Positions 36,931 to 46,837 of a stretch of DNA of 64,000 nucleotides are shown piece after piece; position 1 is the first letter of the stretch, and every line of letters starts with the position of its first letter. This stretch comes from Shigella phage CT01. The stretch lies in the sequence record OK018184. One strand, 5' to 3'. Below the pieces are notes generated by a model that ran no database searches, had not been told where the DNA came from, and was given only the letters and a program-made list of their open reading frames with translations. The position numbers and the translations under genes were made by a program.

Positions 36931-37277
36931 TATTCTTTTAAAGCATCAACCTGTCCACGACGTTTACGCCATAAATCAATTACTTCATACGCAGATTCAG
37001 CATTTCGAATTGGACGGCATTTATATAAAGACTTGTGATTTTGATATTGTGTAGATAATGGAATTTTATCTAAAAGGTCTTTACGTTCAAAGTATTCGTA
37101 ACCATCTAAACCAAATGAACGATTTTTGAGAAATTGCCAATGACCGTATTCGTTTTCGACATAAACATAATCTGCATGCTGATAAAGTAAATTAATTACA
37201 CGTTCAGAAATAACAGTGTCATTGTGATTAAAATAGAATGTTAAATCATGAACTACTAAATAAACATTACCTTTCAT
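36927..37277 (-). CDS. hypothetical protein
   Basis: 116-aa ORF between tRNA-Arg and the RNA-like region. Confidence 0.4.
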   Translation of the reverse strand: MKGNVYLVVHDLTFYFNHNDTVISERVINLLYQHADYVYVENEYGHWQFLKNRSFGLDGYEYFERKDLLDKIPLSTQYQNHKSLYKCRPIRNAESAYEVIDLWRKRRGQVDALKEY

Positions 37278-37293
37278 ATTTTCCTCACTTAAT

Positions 37294-37369
37294 TGGTCGA
37301 GGCAGTAGGGATCGAACCTACGACCTAGGACTTAGAAGGTCCTTGCTCTTCCTTCTGAGCTATGCCTCG
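37294..37369 (-). tRNA. tRNA-Arg (anticodon TCT)
   Basis: Hand-folded cloverleaf: acceptor CGAGGCA/TGCCTCG, anticodon loop CTTCTAA, T-loop TTCGATC, encoded CCA. Confidence 0.85.
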
Positions 37370-37373
37370 GATT

Positions 37374-37448
37374 TGGCGGACGTGATAGGATTCGAACCTA
37401 TAACCAATCGCTTAACAGGCGATCGCTCTGCCATTGAGCTACACATCC
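37374..37448 (-). tRNA. tRNA-Asn (anticodon GTT)
   Basis: Acceptor GGATGTG/CACGTCC, anticodon loop CTGTTAA, T-loop TTCGAAT, encoded CCA. Confidence 0.8.
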
Positions 37449-37452
37449 AAAT

Positions 37453-37539
37453 TGGTGGGGAGTGGTGGAGTCGAACCACCCGAGTCGCAATGACAATGGA
37501 TTTACAGTCCACACCGCTACCTCTACGGGATAACTCCCC
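37453..37539 (-). tRNA. tRNA-Tyr (anticodon GTA), class II
   Basis: Acceptor GGGGAGT/ACTCCCC, anticodon loop CTGTAAA, long variable arm, T-loop TTCGACT, encoded CCA. Confidence 0.8.
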
Positions 37540-37548
37540 AAATTAATT

Positions 37549-37623
37549 TGGTGGCCCTGGGTGGAATTGAACCACCATCTGGCGATTATGAGTCGCTTGC
37601 TTGAACCTTCCAGCTACAGGGCC
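37549..37623 (-). tRNA. tRNA with CAT anticodon (Ile if lysidine-modified, otherwise Met)
   Basis: Acceptor GGCCCTG/CAGGGCC, anticodon loop CTCATAA, encoded CCA; at the position of T4 tRNA-Ile. Confidence 0.75.
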
Positions 37624-37624
37624 T

Positions 37625-37700
37625 TGGTGCTGATTGACGGAATCGAACCGCCGACCTTCTCATTACAAGTGAGTTGCTCTACCTACTGAGCTAAATCAGC
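37625..37700 (-). tRNA. tRNA-Thr (anticodon TGT)
   Basis: Acceptor GCTGATT/AATCAGC, anticodon loop CTTGTAA, T-loop TTCGATT, encoded CCA. Confidence 0.85.
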
Positions 37701-37705
37701 AAAAC

Positions 37706-37795
37706 TGGCGGAGGCGATAGGATTTGAACCTATGAGTCGCCGGAGCGACTGCCGGTTTTCAAGACCGGTGCATTAAACCACTCTGCCACGCCTCC
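37706..37795 (-). tRNA. tRNA-Ser (anticodon TGA), class II
   Basis: Acceptor GGAGGCG/CGCCTCC, anticodon loop CTTGAAA, long variable arm, encoded CCA. Confidence 0.85.
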
Positions 37796-37797
37796 AG

Positions 37798-37871
37798 TCT
37801 CCATACAAGGATTTGAACCTTGGACCTCCTGATCCCAAATCAGGCGCTCTACCAAACTGAGCTACACGGAG
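37798..37871 (-). tRNA. tRNA-Pro (anticodon TGG), CCA not encoded
   Basis: Acceptor CTCCGTG/TATGGAG, anticodon loop TTTGGGA, T-loop TTCAAAT; abuts tRNA-Ser with a 2-nt spacer. Confidence 0.8.
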
Positions 37872-37881
37872 TAAATTAAAT

Positions 37882-37955
<74 letters not shown>

Positions 37956-37960
37956 AAATT

Positions 37961-38047
37961 TGGTGCGAGAAGTGGGACTCGAACCCACAAGGAAATCATT
38001 CCGCAGCATTTTAAGTGCTGTGCCTTTACCAATTTGACCATTCTCGC
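37961..38047 (-). tRNA. tRNA-Leu (anticodon TAA), class II
   Basis: Acceptor GCGAGAA/TTCTCGC, anticodon loop CTTAAAA, long variable arm, encoded CCA. Confidence 0.85.
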
Positions 38048-38048
38048 G

Positions 38049-38115
38049 CTGGGAATAAAGGACTCGAACCTTTGCATCCTGGAATCAAAATCCAGTGCCT
38101 TACCAATAACTCCCC
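38049..38115 (-). pseudogene. chimeric tRNA remnant: 3' 58 nt of tRNA-Gln joined to the first 10 nt of tRNA-Tyr
   Basis: Identical to the intact tRNA-Gln at 38625-38697 over its 3' part, but the 5' acceptor and D-arm are replaced by GGGGAGTTAT at the duplication junction. Confidence 0.7.
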
Positions 38116-38124
38116 AAATTAATT

Positions 38125-38199
38125 TGGTGGCCCTGGGTGGAATTGAACCACCATCTGGCGATTATGAGTCGCTTGCTTGAACCTTCCAGCTACAGGGCC
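38125..38199 (-). tRNA. tRNA with CAT anticodon, duplicate copy
   Basis: Identical to 37549-37623, shifted by 576 bp. Confidence 0.75.
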
Positions 38200-38200
38200 T

Positions 38201-38276
38201 TGGTGCTGATTGACGGAATCGAACCGCCGACCTTCTCATTACAAGTGAGTTGCTCTACCTACTGAGCTAAATCAGC
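38201..38276 (-). tRNA. tRNA-Thr (TGT), duplicate copy
   Basis: Identical to 37625-37700, shifted by 576 bp. Confidence 0.85.
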
Positions 38277-38281
38277 AAAAC

Positions 38282-38371
38282 TGGCGGAGGCGATAGGATT
38301 TGAACCTATGAGTCGCCGGAGCGACTGCCGGTTTTCAAGACCGGTGCATTAAACCACTCTGCCACGCCTCC
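38282..38371 (-). tRNA. tRNA-Ser (TGA), duplicate copy
   Basis: Identical to 37706-37795, shifted by 576 bp. Confidence 0.85.
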
Positions 38372-38373
38372 AG

Positions 38374-38447
38374 TCTCCATACAAGGATTTGAACCTTGGA
38401 CCTCCTGATCCCAAATCAGGCGCTCTACCAAACTGAGCTACACGGAG
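38374..38447 (-). tRNA. tRNA-Pro (TGG), duplicate copy
   Basis: Identical to 37798-37871, shifted by 576 bp. Confidence 0.8.
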
Positions 38448-38457
38448 TAAATTAAAT

Positions 38458-38531
<74 letters not shown>

Positions 38532-38536
38532 AAATT

Positions 38537-38623
38537 TGGTGCGAGAAGTGGGACTCGAACCCACAAGGAAATCATTCCGCAGCATTTTAAGTGCTGTGCC
38601 TTTACCAATTTGACCATTCTCGC
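38537..38623 (-). tRNA. tRNA-Leu (TAA), duplicate copy
   Basis: Identical to 37961-38047, shifted by 576 bp. Confidence 0.85.
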
Positions 38624-38624
38624 G

Positions 38625-38697
38625 CTGGGAATAAAGGACTCGAACCTTTGCATCCTGGAATCAAAATCCAGTGCCTTACCAACTTGGCTAATTCCCA
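38625..38697 (-). tRNA. tRNA-Gln (anticodon TTG), intact copy, CCA not encoded
   Basis: Acceptor TGGGAAT/ATTCCCA, anticodon loop TTTTGAT, T-loop TTCGAGT; abuts tRNA-Leu with a 1-nt spacer. Confidence 0.8.
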
Positions 38698-38794
38698 ATT
38701 ATTAACAAAGGCTCTCAAACAAGAACCCTTGATGATAGAGGGTATTAATCAGTGCGATATGAGTTAATAATAACAAATAATTCTTAAAGCATAT

Positions 38795-39082
38795 TTACCA
38801 TTTATGATAATACATATTTACGATGCATTCAAGACCCAAAGGATTCTTGAAAATATCATATTCAAGAGGACCTTTTTCCGTTTCAATAAAGAAATCAAAA
38901 TTTACTGTATTAAATTTACGGTCTTCCTTCACTAATTTAACTTGAGAAGATGAACGATCAATGTAAACCTTTTCAACTTCAAAACATGTTAAAATGCCAT
39001 AATCATCAATCAAGGCTTTAGCTGCTTCTTGATCATATTTATATCCATTTTCAATGGATGATACTTTCGCATAAAGAATCAT
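38795..39082 (-). CDS. hypothetical protein
   Basis: 95-aa ORF. Confidence 0.45.
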   Translation of the reverse strand: MILYAKVSSIENGYKYDQEAAKALIDDYGILTCFEVEKVYIDRSSSQVKLVKEDRKFNTVNFDFFIETEKGPLEYDIFKNPLGLECIVNMYYHKW

Positions 39083-39084
39083 TA

Positions 39085-39489
39085 TTAACCTTTATCAACA
39101 ATAGTATGTGTATGGGCATTTACGATTTGCCACCAGTCAAAACTATCGCCAAATCGTTTTGATTTATTGTCTTCAATAATTTGGCGTAATTCATCTTCTG
39201 TTTCAGCATACGCAATCAAATCATCATATCCACCGCAAGGATAGTAATTATCGCCTGCGAACAAAAGAAAATTTACTTTAGATGGGTCTACATAATAATG
39301 CTCTTTAGGATATTTAGTTCCTTTCCAATCAGTTACTTCAACATAACGATAAGAAAATCCATTTTTACTTTCAACCCAACTCCACGCTTCAAAAGGAGTA
39401 TTAAAAACTCTATCAGGTATTAAATTACCTTCAAAATGAGAAGGATTTGCATAATCCCCAGCATAAACATAATATTCGTTAATATTCAT
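39085..39489 (-). CDS. hypothetical protein
   Basis: 134-aa ORF rich in aromatic residues. Confidence 0.45.
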   Translation of the reverse strand: MNINEYYVYAGDYANPSHFEGNLIPDRVFNTPFEAWSWVESKNGFSYRYVEVTDWKGTKYPKEHYYVDPSKVNFLLFAGDNYYPCGGYDDLIAYAETEDELRQIIEDNKSKRFGDSFDWWQIVNAHTHTIVDKG

Positions 39490-39675
39490 TTATTCACCTT
39501 TAGAAATTTTATCCATAACAATAGCGATTAAACCAATTAAAAATGCTACTACAAGTGAAAAAACATTTTCTGCTGTAGTCAATAATCCACATATAAATCC
39601 AACAAACATTGAAAAACTAAAAGCAGAAGCAGAAATTGCAATAGCAACATTTCGAATTAATTCACAACGTTTCAT
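39490..39675 (-). CDS. small membrane protein
   Basis: 61 aa, almost entirely hydrophobic. Confidence 0.4.
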   Translation of the reverse strand: MKRCELIRNVAIAISASAFSFSMFVGFICGLLTTAENVFSLVVAFLIGLIAIVMDKISKGE

Positions 39676-39701
39676 TTTATTCTCCTCAGTAGTTGATAGG
39701 G

Positions 39702-39735
39702 TAATAGTATCACAACTAAAACCCTATGTAAACAA
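39702..39735 (-). promoter_or_regulatory. T4 early-type promoter
   Basis: Minus strand reads GTTTAC, an 18-nt spacer, then TGATACTAT. Confidence 0.45.
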
Positions 39736-39751
39736 CTTTGTGAAATATTTA

Positions 39752-40039
39752 TTACAAAAGATTTTTAGCAATAATCTTGAGATGTGCCGCAGAAATGTGT
39801 TTAGCTTTAAACAACGCAGTTTCTTCAGCAGGAGAGATAATGATTGTAGCACCATCCTTTTTAGCAGACCACCCATCACCTAGGTAAACAGTACCTTTGA
39901 TTTCTTCGCCATCAACCAAACTAATCATTGGTTTACCTTCTCGTCCTTTATTTGCTTTAATAACTTCAGAAGTAAGAGTAGCTTCAGTAATAGTAGAAAC
40001 CGGGGTAGTTGTAGAAGTAAATTCTTTGAAAGTTTTCAT
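39752..40039 (-). CDS. ipI: internal protein I-like protein
   Basis: 95 aa beginning MKTFKEF with a leader ending ITE-A; sits directly upstream of 57B as ipI does in T4. Confidence 0.55.
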   Translation of the reverse strand: MKTFKEFTSTTTPVSTITEATLTSEVIKANKGREGKPMISLVDGEEIKGTVYLGDGWSAKKDGATIIISPAEETALFKAKHISAAHLKIIAKNLL

Positions 40040-40067
40040 TTTATTTTCCTAATTAATTTTGATGAGA

Positions 40068-40101
40068 TAATAGTATCACTACCTCATCAACGTGTAAACA
40101 A
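40068..40101 (-). promoter_or_regulatory. T4 early-type promoter upstream of the ipI-like gene
   Basis: Minus strand reads GTTTAC, an 18-nt spacer, then TGATACTAT. Confidence 0.45.
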
Positions 40102-40111
40102 CTTTGTGAAA

Positions 40112-40808
<697 letters not shown>

Positions 40809-40809
<1 letters not shown>

Positions 40810-41522
40810 TATAGTACCTTTAGTGTATTTTTAATTTTAGAAAAAAGTTCTTCAAGAGAACCATCATTTGTAATTACTAAATCACCATCACGAATTGGCA
40901 ATCCAGCTTCTGTAATATGAGTATCATTGGATTTTTGACCAGGACGAACTACATGAATTACTGTAGCACCCATCGCCCTAGCCGCATCCATTTCATGATC
41001 TTGACGAGTATCAGGAACGATATAATAATCATAACCTGAATTAAATTTATCAAGATAATCTAAAGCAAATAATTTTACCCAATACATGCGGTCGAAGTTA
41101 TTAACAATCAAATCCGTACCTAGGGCTTGCATCAGACGACGGACTGACCATTGATCTTCAATATTATTTATAACGTCAGCAATCTTGTTAAATGCTACGA
41201 AATTAACTGCGTCATCAAAAACAAACACACCTTTAATTGGGCTTTTACTATTAAGATAGCAAAATGCTTGTTCCATAATCGTAATTACTTCTAATTTAGT
41301 CAGATTTAAATTAGTCTCACGATCATAGTCAATTCCTTCAAACTCTTTACGAGTTAAGCAAGGATAGTCAGTGTTTGCTGCAAATACACCCCATGCATAA
41401 GCCAATGCATCCTTAATAGGACCAGCAAGTTGATATTTAACTGCAGAATAATTATTCATAATAAAATCTGCAGTAGTATCTTTTCCACTACGCTTTACAC
41501 CACTTAAAAAGATTAGTTTCAT
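40809..41522 (-). CDS. 1: deoxynucleoside monophosphate kinase
   Basis: 237 aa with P-loop GVKRSGKDT; matches T4 gp1 as recalled. Confidence 0.85.
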
Positions 41523-41571
41523 ATGTTTCTCCTCAAATTTAGTTAAGATTATAACACATGAAACTGAAGCA

Positions 41572-42102
41572 TTAAACTTCTGCTATAATTTTGCCATCTT
41601 TTTCTACTTGAAAATACGTATAAGGAATCGTTGCTGTACATACTAAAGCTGGGTCTGAATCTTCCGTGTAGCTAAATTCTACTTCAGACAGGTCAGAAAC
41701 CCAAGGCTTATAAAAATTTATTGACATCACGATTTCAGTTTTACTGTTATCTAAAATGTAAAGCGTAATGTATTCAGGACCTGTTTTTTGGGCAGTATTT
41801 TCGCCTGTAAGATAGTTACTAGTTCCTAGCATCCATTCATACATTCCTATCCACGACTTAAGCTCTTCATCAACTATAAATCTCACAATGAGTGGGTCGT
41901 ACTCAAATGTAACTCCTGGACGCTGTGCTCGGCCTAGTCCAAACGGCCCAGTCACGGTATCAGTAACAGGTATCCTAATTCCCGGAATAGGAACTGACTG
42001 AGCATTTAAAGTAAAAGCAGATGTAGTATTACTATGTGGTATTGATACTACAAAGTTAGTTGTATTTGCTTGGTTAAAAATTTGTTGTAGTGCTTGCGAC
42101 AT
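41572..42102 (-). CDS. 3: gp3 tail completion / sheath stabilizer
   Basis: 176 aa from the ATG at 42102 preceded by GAGGAA; begins MSQALQQIFNQANTTNF; the track ORF is a 5' extension. Confidence 0.7.
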   Translation of the reverse strand: MSQALQQIFNQANTTNFVVSIPHSNTTSAFTLNAQSVPIPGIRIPVTDTVTGPFGLGRAQRPGVTFEYDPLIVRFIVDEELKSWIGMYEWMLGTSNYLTGENTAQKTGPEYITLYILDNSKTEIVMSINFYKPWVSDLSEVEFSYTEDSDPALVCTATIPYTYFQVEKDGKIIAEV

Positions 42103-42208
42103 ATATTCCTCATAATGCTTTATAAATGTTGGTGGTATAATGGGTCTAAGTCCCTTCCATTCAATTCCAATTAGAACAAACAATAGAAAAGAATGGAAGA
42201 TAATAGAA

Positions 42209-42382
42209 TTAATTTATTAGACTTCTTAAACGAGCAGAAGTCATAAATGGAAATTTTTCTAAAGTTGGCTTTCGCCAATATCTTGGATGACAAGTTGATT
42301 TAAAATCAAGAACAATTTTCTTTGCTTCATCAATAGTGCTAACCCTATCAATTAGTGAATTATAAATTTTTTCATAATTCAT
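42209..42382 (-). CDS. small hypothetical protein
   Basis: 57 codons from an ATG at 42382 that overlaps the gp2 stop (ATGA). Confidence 0.3.
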   Translation of the reverse strand: MNYEKIYNSLIDRVSTIDEAKKIVLDFKSTCHPRYWRKPTLEKFPFMTSARLRSLIN

Positions 42383-43206
42383 CGTACATTGCTCCAAACT
42401 TTGTTTGCAGAGAAACGTTTTCCTTTGGAGTAGAAGCTTTGGAGTGGCATTAACACAACGTTCGCCCAGTCTTTCGGGGCGATTTCAACAAGGCTACCCA
42501 TAATATTACCGGGTATATATGCCTTAATCATTTGGTCTGCACCCCTAAATCCTTTCACTTGACTCCAATCAATTTTTAATTTCGTTTTATTAGTAATAGT
42601 AGGTGTATTTGAATATTGCTTTAAAAGCTCTTCTAGAAATTGCTGACGAGCTTTAGGTGGAATATAGTGCAAGTTCAATCCGTACATTAAATTATGTTTA
42701 CCTAAACCAAGGTAAATTATCAAAGGAAATTTATCCCAATAAGGAAGAGTTTCTTTGTGTTTAGCGTCGTAAGCAAAAGCATATATTCGTCCCGGCTGCG
42801 GGCGAACAACTTTATGTCCTTTTACCTGTTTAATAGTTTCAGCAAACCACTTTCTGGTTTTATTATTAATTGCTGCGCCTTCATTACGAATTTTATCACG
42901 CAATGTTTGTCTGAATGAATTTATCATAAGCAGTTGTCTTTCTTGCTTATTGAGTTTATTCATTGGTTTTGATTCAAGCTTTTGAATCTTTTCAGCTGTT
43001 TTAATTCCTGAAGCATATTTTGACATTGCCGAAGTAAACGTAGAATATTTAATTCCTTTTTCTTCAGCAAATTGCTTTCCTGTCATTCCTTTTGCTTTGG
43101 CCTTTTTGTATTCAAGACCTATCTGAATCCATTTCTTTTCGTTTAATGATTGCTTAACCTTTGGAACTTGGGGAGTGCTTTCATTAATTATTTGAAAAAT
43201 AGCCAT
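42379..43206 (-). CDS. 2: gp2 DNA end protector
   Basis: 275-aa basic protein between genes 4 and 3 as in T4. Confidence 0.7.
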   Translation of the reverse strand: MAIFQIINESTPQVPKVKQSLNEKKWIQIGLEYKKAKAKGMTGKQFAEEKGIKYSTFTSAMSKYASGIKTAEKIQKLESKPMNKLNKQERQLLMINSFRQTLRDKIRNEGAAINNKTRKWFAETIKQVKGHKVVRPQPGRIYAFAYDAKHKETLPYWDKFPLIIYLGLGKHNLMYGLNLHYIPPKARQQFLEELLKQYSNTPTITNKTKLKIDWSQVKGFRGADQMIKAYIPGNIMGSLVEIAPKDWANVVLMPLQSFYSKGKRFSANKVWSNVR

Positions 43207-43658
43207 TATGCCCCCTTAAAGCCAAGAGCTCGTAATCCATCTTCTGTTAAAATTCTAAATTTTATTCCACGCTTTTCAGCTAAAGCTTGAGCTGCTTTCC
43301 ATTTGTCAGTATTAACTGAATATGTATAAATTTCATTCATAAATCTTTTCTTCGCTGCAGTTGTTAGATGTGCTGGTTTAATTGGTGGTTGTGTTTCTTT
43401 TTTAGGCTTTATTTCAATAAAAAATTCTTGTCCAGAAGAATCTTTCATCCAAATATCCATGAAGTATCTACGTTTTTTCCCTTCTGCATTACAAAAATAA
43501 GGAATTACTGCTGTTTCACTACCCCATGCAATAATTTCTGGATTTTTATCTAACCATTCAAAAAAGAATTTTTCCCAATTTGATCTATACGTAATTTTTT
43601 TAGGGTCACCTCTATATTTTGATATATTTTTAGGAACCCATTTTCCAGAATATGCCAT
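43206..43658 (-). CDS. 4: gp4 head completion protein
   Basis: 150 aa; adjacent to gp2 and divergent from gp53. Confidence 0.7.
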   Translation of the reverse strand: MAYSGKWVPKNISKYRGDPKKITYRSNWEKFFFEWLDKNPEIIAWGSETAVIPYFCNAEGKKRRYFMDIWMKDSSGQEFFIEIKPKKETQPPIKPAHLTTAAKKRFMNEIYTYSVNTDKWKAAQALAEKRGIKFRILTEDGLRALGFKGA

Positions 43659-43669
43659 TGGATTCTCCT

Positions 43670-43677
43670 TATAAATA
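43670..43677 (+). promoter_or_regulatory. late promoter TATAAATA for gp53
   Basis: Exact TATAAATA about 29 nt upstream of the gp53 ATG. Confidence 0.55.
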
Positions 43678-43684
43678 GATAATA

Positions 43685-43692
43685 TATTTATA
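43685..43692 (-). promoter_or_regulatory. late promoter TATAAATA for gp4 (divergent)
   Basis: Exact TATAAATA on the minus strand about 27 nt upstream of the gp4 ATG. Confidence 0.5.
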
Positions 43693-43705
43693 AACAGGAG
43701 GGCCC

Positions 43706-44296
43706 ATGCTCTTTACATTTTTTGATCCGATTGAATATGCGGCCAAAACGGTGAATAAAAACGCGCCGACTATTCCTATGACAGATATTTTTAGAAACTA
43801 TAAAGACTATTTTAAACGCGCTCTTGCGGGATACCGTTTACGTACTTATTATATTAAAGGTTCACCACGCCCGGAAGAATTAGCAAATGCTATATATGGA
43901 AATCCACAGTTGTATTGGGTTTTATTGATGTGTAATGATAATTATGATCCGTATTATGGATGGATTACTTCGCAAGAAGCTGCTTATCAAGCATCTATAC
44001 AAAAATACAAAAATGTAGGTGGAGACCAAATAGTATATCATGTGAATGAGAATGGTGAAAAATTTTATAATTTAATATCATACGATGATAATCCATATGT
44101 TTGGTATGACAAAGGCGATAAAGCTAGAAAATATCCTCAATATGAAGGAGCACTTGCTGCGGTCGATACGTATGAAGCTGCTGTTCTTGAAAATGAAAAA
44201 CTTCGTCAAATAAAAATAATAGCAAAATCAGACATCAATTCATTTATGAACGACCTTATACGTATAATGGAGAAATCTTATGGAAATGATAAGTAA
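43706..44296 (+). CDS. 53: gp53 baseplate wedge protein
   Basis: 196 aa, first late gene upstream of gp5. Confidence 0.75.
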   Translation: MLFTFFDPIEYAAKTVNKNAPTIPMTDIFRNYKDYFKRALAGYRLRTYYIKGSPRPEELANAIYGNPQLYWVLLMCNDNYDPYYGWITSQEAAYQASIQKYKNVGGDQIVYHVNENGEKFYNLISYDDNPYVWYDKGDKARKYPQYEGALAAVDTYEAAVLENEKLRQIKIIAKSDINSFMNDLIRIMEKSYGNDK

Positions 44297-46007
44297 TAAC
44301 CTCAATTGGTTTGTTGGTGTTGTTGAAGATAGAATGGACCCATTAAAATTAGGTCGTGTTCGTGTTCGTGTGGTTGGTCTGCATCCACCTCAAAGAGCAC
44401 AAGGTGATGTAATGGGTATTCCAACCGATAAATTGCCATGGATGTCAGTTATTCAACCGATAACTTCTGCAGCAATGTCTGGAATTGGAGGCTCCGTTAC
44501 TGGTCCGGTAGAAGGAACTAGAGTTTATGGTCATTTTTTAGACAAATGGAAAACTAACGGAATTGTTCTTGGCACGTATGGTGGAATAGTTCGCGAAAAG
44601 CCTAATAGACTTGAAGGATTTTCTGACCCGACTGGACAGTATCCTAGACGTCTAGGAAATGATACTAACGTATTAAACCAAGGCGGAGAAGTAGGATATG
44701 ATTCGTCTTCTAATATTATCCAAGATAGTAATTTAGATACTGCGATAAATCCCGATGATAGACCACTATCAGAGATTCCAACTGATGATAATCCAAATAT
44801 GTCAATGGCTGAAATGCTTCGCCGTGATGAAGGATTAAGACTAAAAGTTTATTGGGATACTGAAGGATATCCGACAATTGGTATTGGTCATCTTATCATG
44901 AAGCAGCCAGTTCGTGATATGGCCCAAATTAATAAAGTTTTATCAAAACAGGTTGGTCGTGAAATTACCGGAAATCCAGGTTCTATTACAATGGAAGAAG
45001 CGGTAACTTTATTTGAACGTGATTTAGCTGATATGCAACGTGACATTAAATCACATTCTAAAGTTGGCCCAGTTTGGCAAGCAGTTAATCGTTCTCGTCA
45101 AATGGCATTAGAAAATATGGCATTTCAGATGGGTGTTGGCGGTGTAGCTAAATTTAACACAATGTTAACTGCTATGTTAGCCGGAGATTGGGAAAAAGCA
45201 TATAAAGCTGGTCGTGATTCATTGTGGTATCAACAAACAAAAGGCCGTGCATCTCGTGTTACCATGATTATTCTTACAGGGAATTTGGAATCATACGGTA
45301 TTGAAGTGAAAACACCAGCTAGGTCTTTGTCGGCAATGGCTGCTACTGTAGCAAAGTCTTCTGATCCGGCCGATCCTCCTATTCCGAATGATTCGAGAAT
45401 TTTATTTAAAGAACCTGTTTCTTCATATAAAGGTGAATATCCATATGTTCACACAATGGAAACTGAAAGCGGTCATATTCAGGAATTTGATGATACGCCT
45501 GGACAAGAACGATACAGATTAGTTCATCCGACTGGAACATATGAGGAAGTATCACCGTCAGGAAGAAGAACAAGAAAAACTGTTGATAATTTGTATGATA
45601 TAACAAATGCTGACGGTAATTTTTTGGTAGCCGGCGATAAAAAGACTAACGTCGGTGGATCAGAAATTTACTACAACATGGATAATCGTCTTCACCAAAT
45701 AGATGGAAGCAACACAATATTTGTCCGTGGCGATGAAACTAAGACAGTTGAAGGTAATGGAACTATCCTAGTTAAAGGTAATGTTACTATTGTAGTCGAA
45801 GGTAATGCTGACATTACAGTTAAAGGAGATGCTACCACTTTAGTTGAAGGAAATCAGACTAATACAGTAAATGGAAATCTTTCTTGGAAAGTTGCTGGGA
45901 CAGTTGATTGGGACGTTGGTGGTGATTGGACAGAAAAAATGGCATCTATGAGTTCTATTTCATCTGGTCAATACACAATTGATGGATCGAGGATTGACAT
46001 TGGCTAA
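44280..46007 (+). CDS. 5: gp5 baseplate hub / cell-puncturing protein with lysozyme domain
   Basis: 575 aa; N-terminus MEMISNNLNWFVGVVEDRMDP; internal lysozyme domain AEMLRRDEGLRLKVYWDTEGYPTIGIGHLI homologous to e; C-terminal VEGN repeats. Confidence 0.9.
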   Translation: MEMISNNLNWFVGVVEDRMDPLKLGRVRVRVVGLHPPQRAQGDVMGIPTDKLPWMSVIQPITSAAMSGIGGSVTGPVEGTRVYGHFLDKWKTNGIVLGTYGGIVREKPNRLEGFSDPTGQYPRRLGNDTNVLNQGGEVGYDSSSNIIQDSNLDTAINPDDRPLSEIPTDDNPNMSMAEMLRRDEGLRLKVYWDTEGYPTIGIGHLIMKQPVRDMAQINKVLSKQVGREITGNPGSITMEEAVTLFERDLADMQRDIKSHSKVGPVWQAVNRSRQMALENMAFQMGVGGVAKFNTMLTAMLAGDWEKAYKAGRDSLWYQQTKGRASRVTMIILTGNLESYGIEVKTPARSLSAMAATVAKSSDPADPPIPNDSRILFKEPVSSYKGEYPYVHTMETESGHIQEFDDTPGQERYRLVHPTGTYEEVSPSGRRTRKTVDNLYDITNADGNFLVAGDKKTNVGGSEIYYNMDNRLHQIDGSNTIFVRGDETKTVEGNGTILVKGNVTIVVEGNADITVKGDATTLVEGNQTNTVNGNLSWKVAGTVDWDVGGDWTEKMASMSSISSGQYTIDGSRIDIG

Positions 46008-46017
46008 TATACTTCCA

Positions 46018-46536
46018 ATGAGCGCTGATTTAGGAGAATCCATGGAAGGTTCTTCTATTGACGTCACCTTTACCGCTCAATTAGAAACAGGTGAAACGTT
46101 AGTATCTATAAATATAACTAGTTACGAAGAAACTCCTGGGGTTTTAGTAGAAGAAAATCGTTTATATGGAACGTATGAATCTGTGTTTGGATTTGGAAAT
46201 GACGCACTAAAATATCGTTTAGATAATGAATTTAAAACTGCTGCTTCATGGGAAGACCTTCCAACTGATTCTAATACTCAGTTATATCTATGGAAAGCTC
46301 CTCAAAACCTCCAGAAGACATTCACTTACGAAGTAACATTAATATATGACTATCAAGAACAAAGTGAATCTGGAGGTTCTGGTAGTAATTCTAGGTCATC
46401 TTCTGATACTACTGAACCAACGGATCCTCCTGCTCCAATAAGAAAAACTCTTGTTAAAAATTACACAAAAACTATAGTTGGAAATTGGAGTCGTTGGGCT
46501 AATAAATTAAGAAGCTACGTATATGAGAGGCAATAA
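46018..46536 (+). CDS. 5.1: gp5.1-like protein
   Basis: ORF after gp5; ATG at 46018 chosen over the overlapping track start. Confidence 0.5.
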   Translation: MSADLGESMEGSSIDVTFTAQLETGETLVSINITSYEETPGVLVEENRLYGTYESVFGFGNDALKYRLDNEFKTAASWEDLPTDSNTQLYLWKAPQNLQKTFTYEVTLIYDYQEQSESGGSGSNSRSSSDTTEPTDPPAPIRKTLVKNYTKTIVGNWSRWANKLRSYVYERQ

Positions 46537-46829
46537 TGTCAGGATTAAGTTATGATAAGTGTGTTACTGCTGGTCATGAAGCGTGGCCTCCAACAGTTGT
46601 GAATGCTACACAAAGTAAAGTATTCACTGGAGGAATTGCTGTTCTCGTGGCAGGTGATCCAATTACAGAACATACAGAAATTAAAAAGCCATATGAAACA
46701 CATGGCGGAGTGGCACAACCTAGAACTTCTAAGGTATATGTCACTGGAAAGAAAGCTGTTCAAATGGCTGATCCAATATCATGCGGTGATACTGTGGCTC
46801 AGGCATCATCTAAAGTATTCATTAAATAG
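46536..46829 (+). CDS. 5.4: gp5.4 PAAR-like spike tip protein
   Basis: 97 aa, glycine/valine-rich, between gp5.1 and gp6. Confidence 0.6.
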   Translation: MSGLSYDKCVTAGHEAWPPTVVNATQSKVFTGGIAVLVAGDPITEHTEIKKPYETHGGVAQPRTSKVYVTGKKAVQMADPISCGDTVAQASSKVFIK

Positions 46830-46837
46830 GATTTAAA

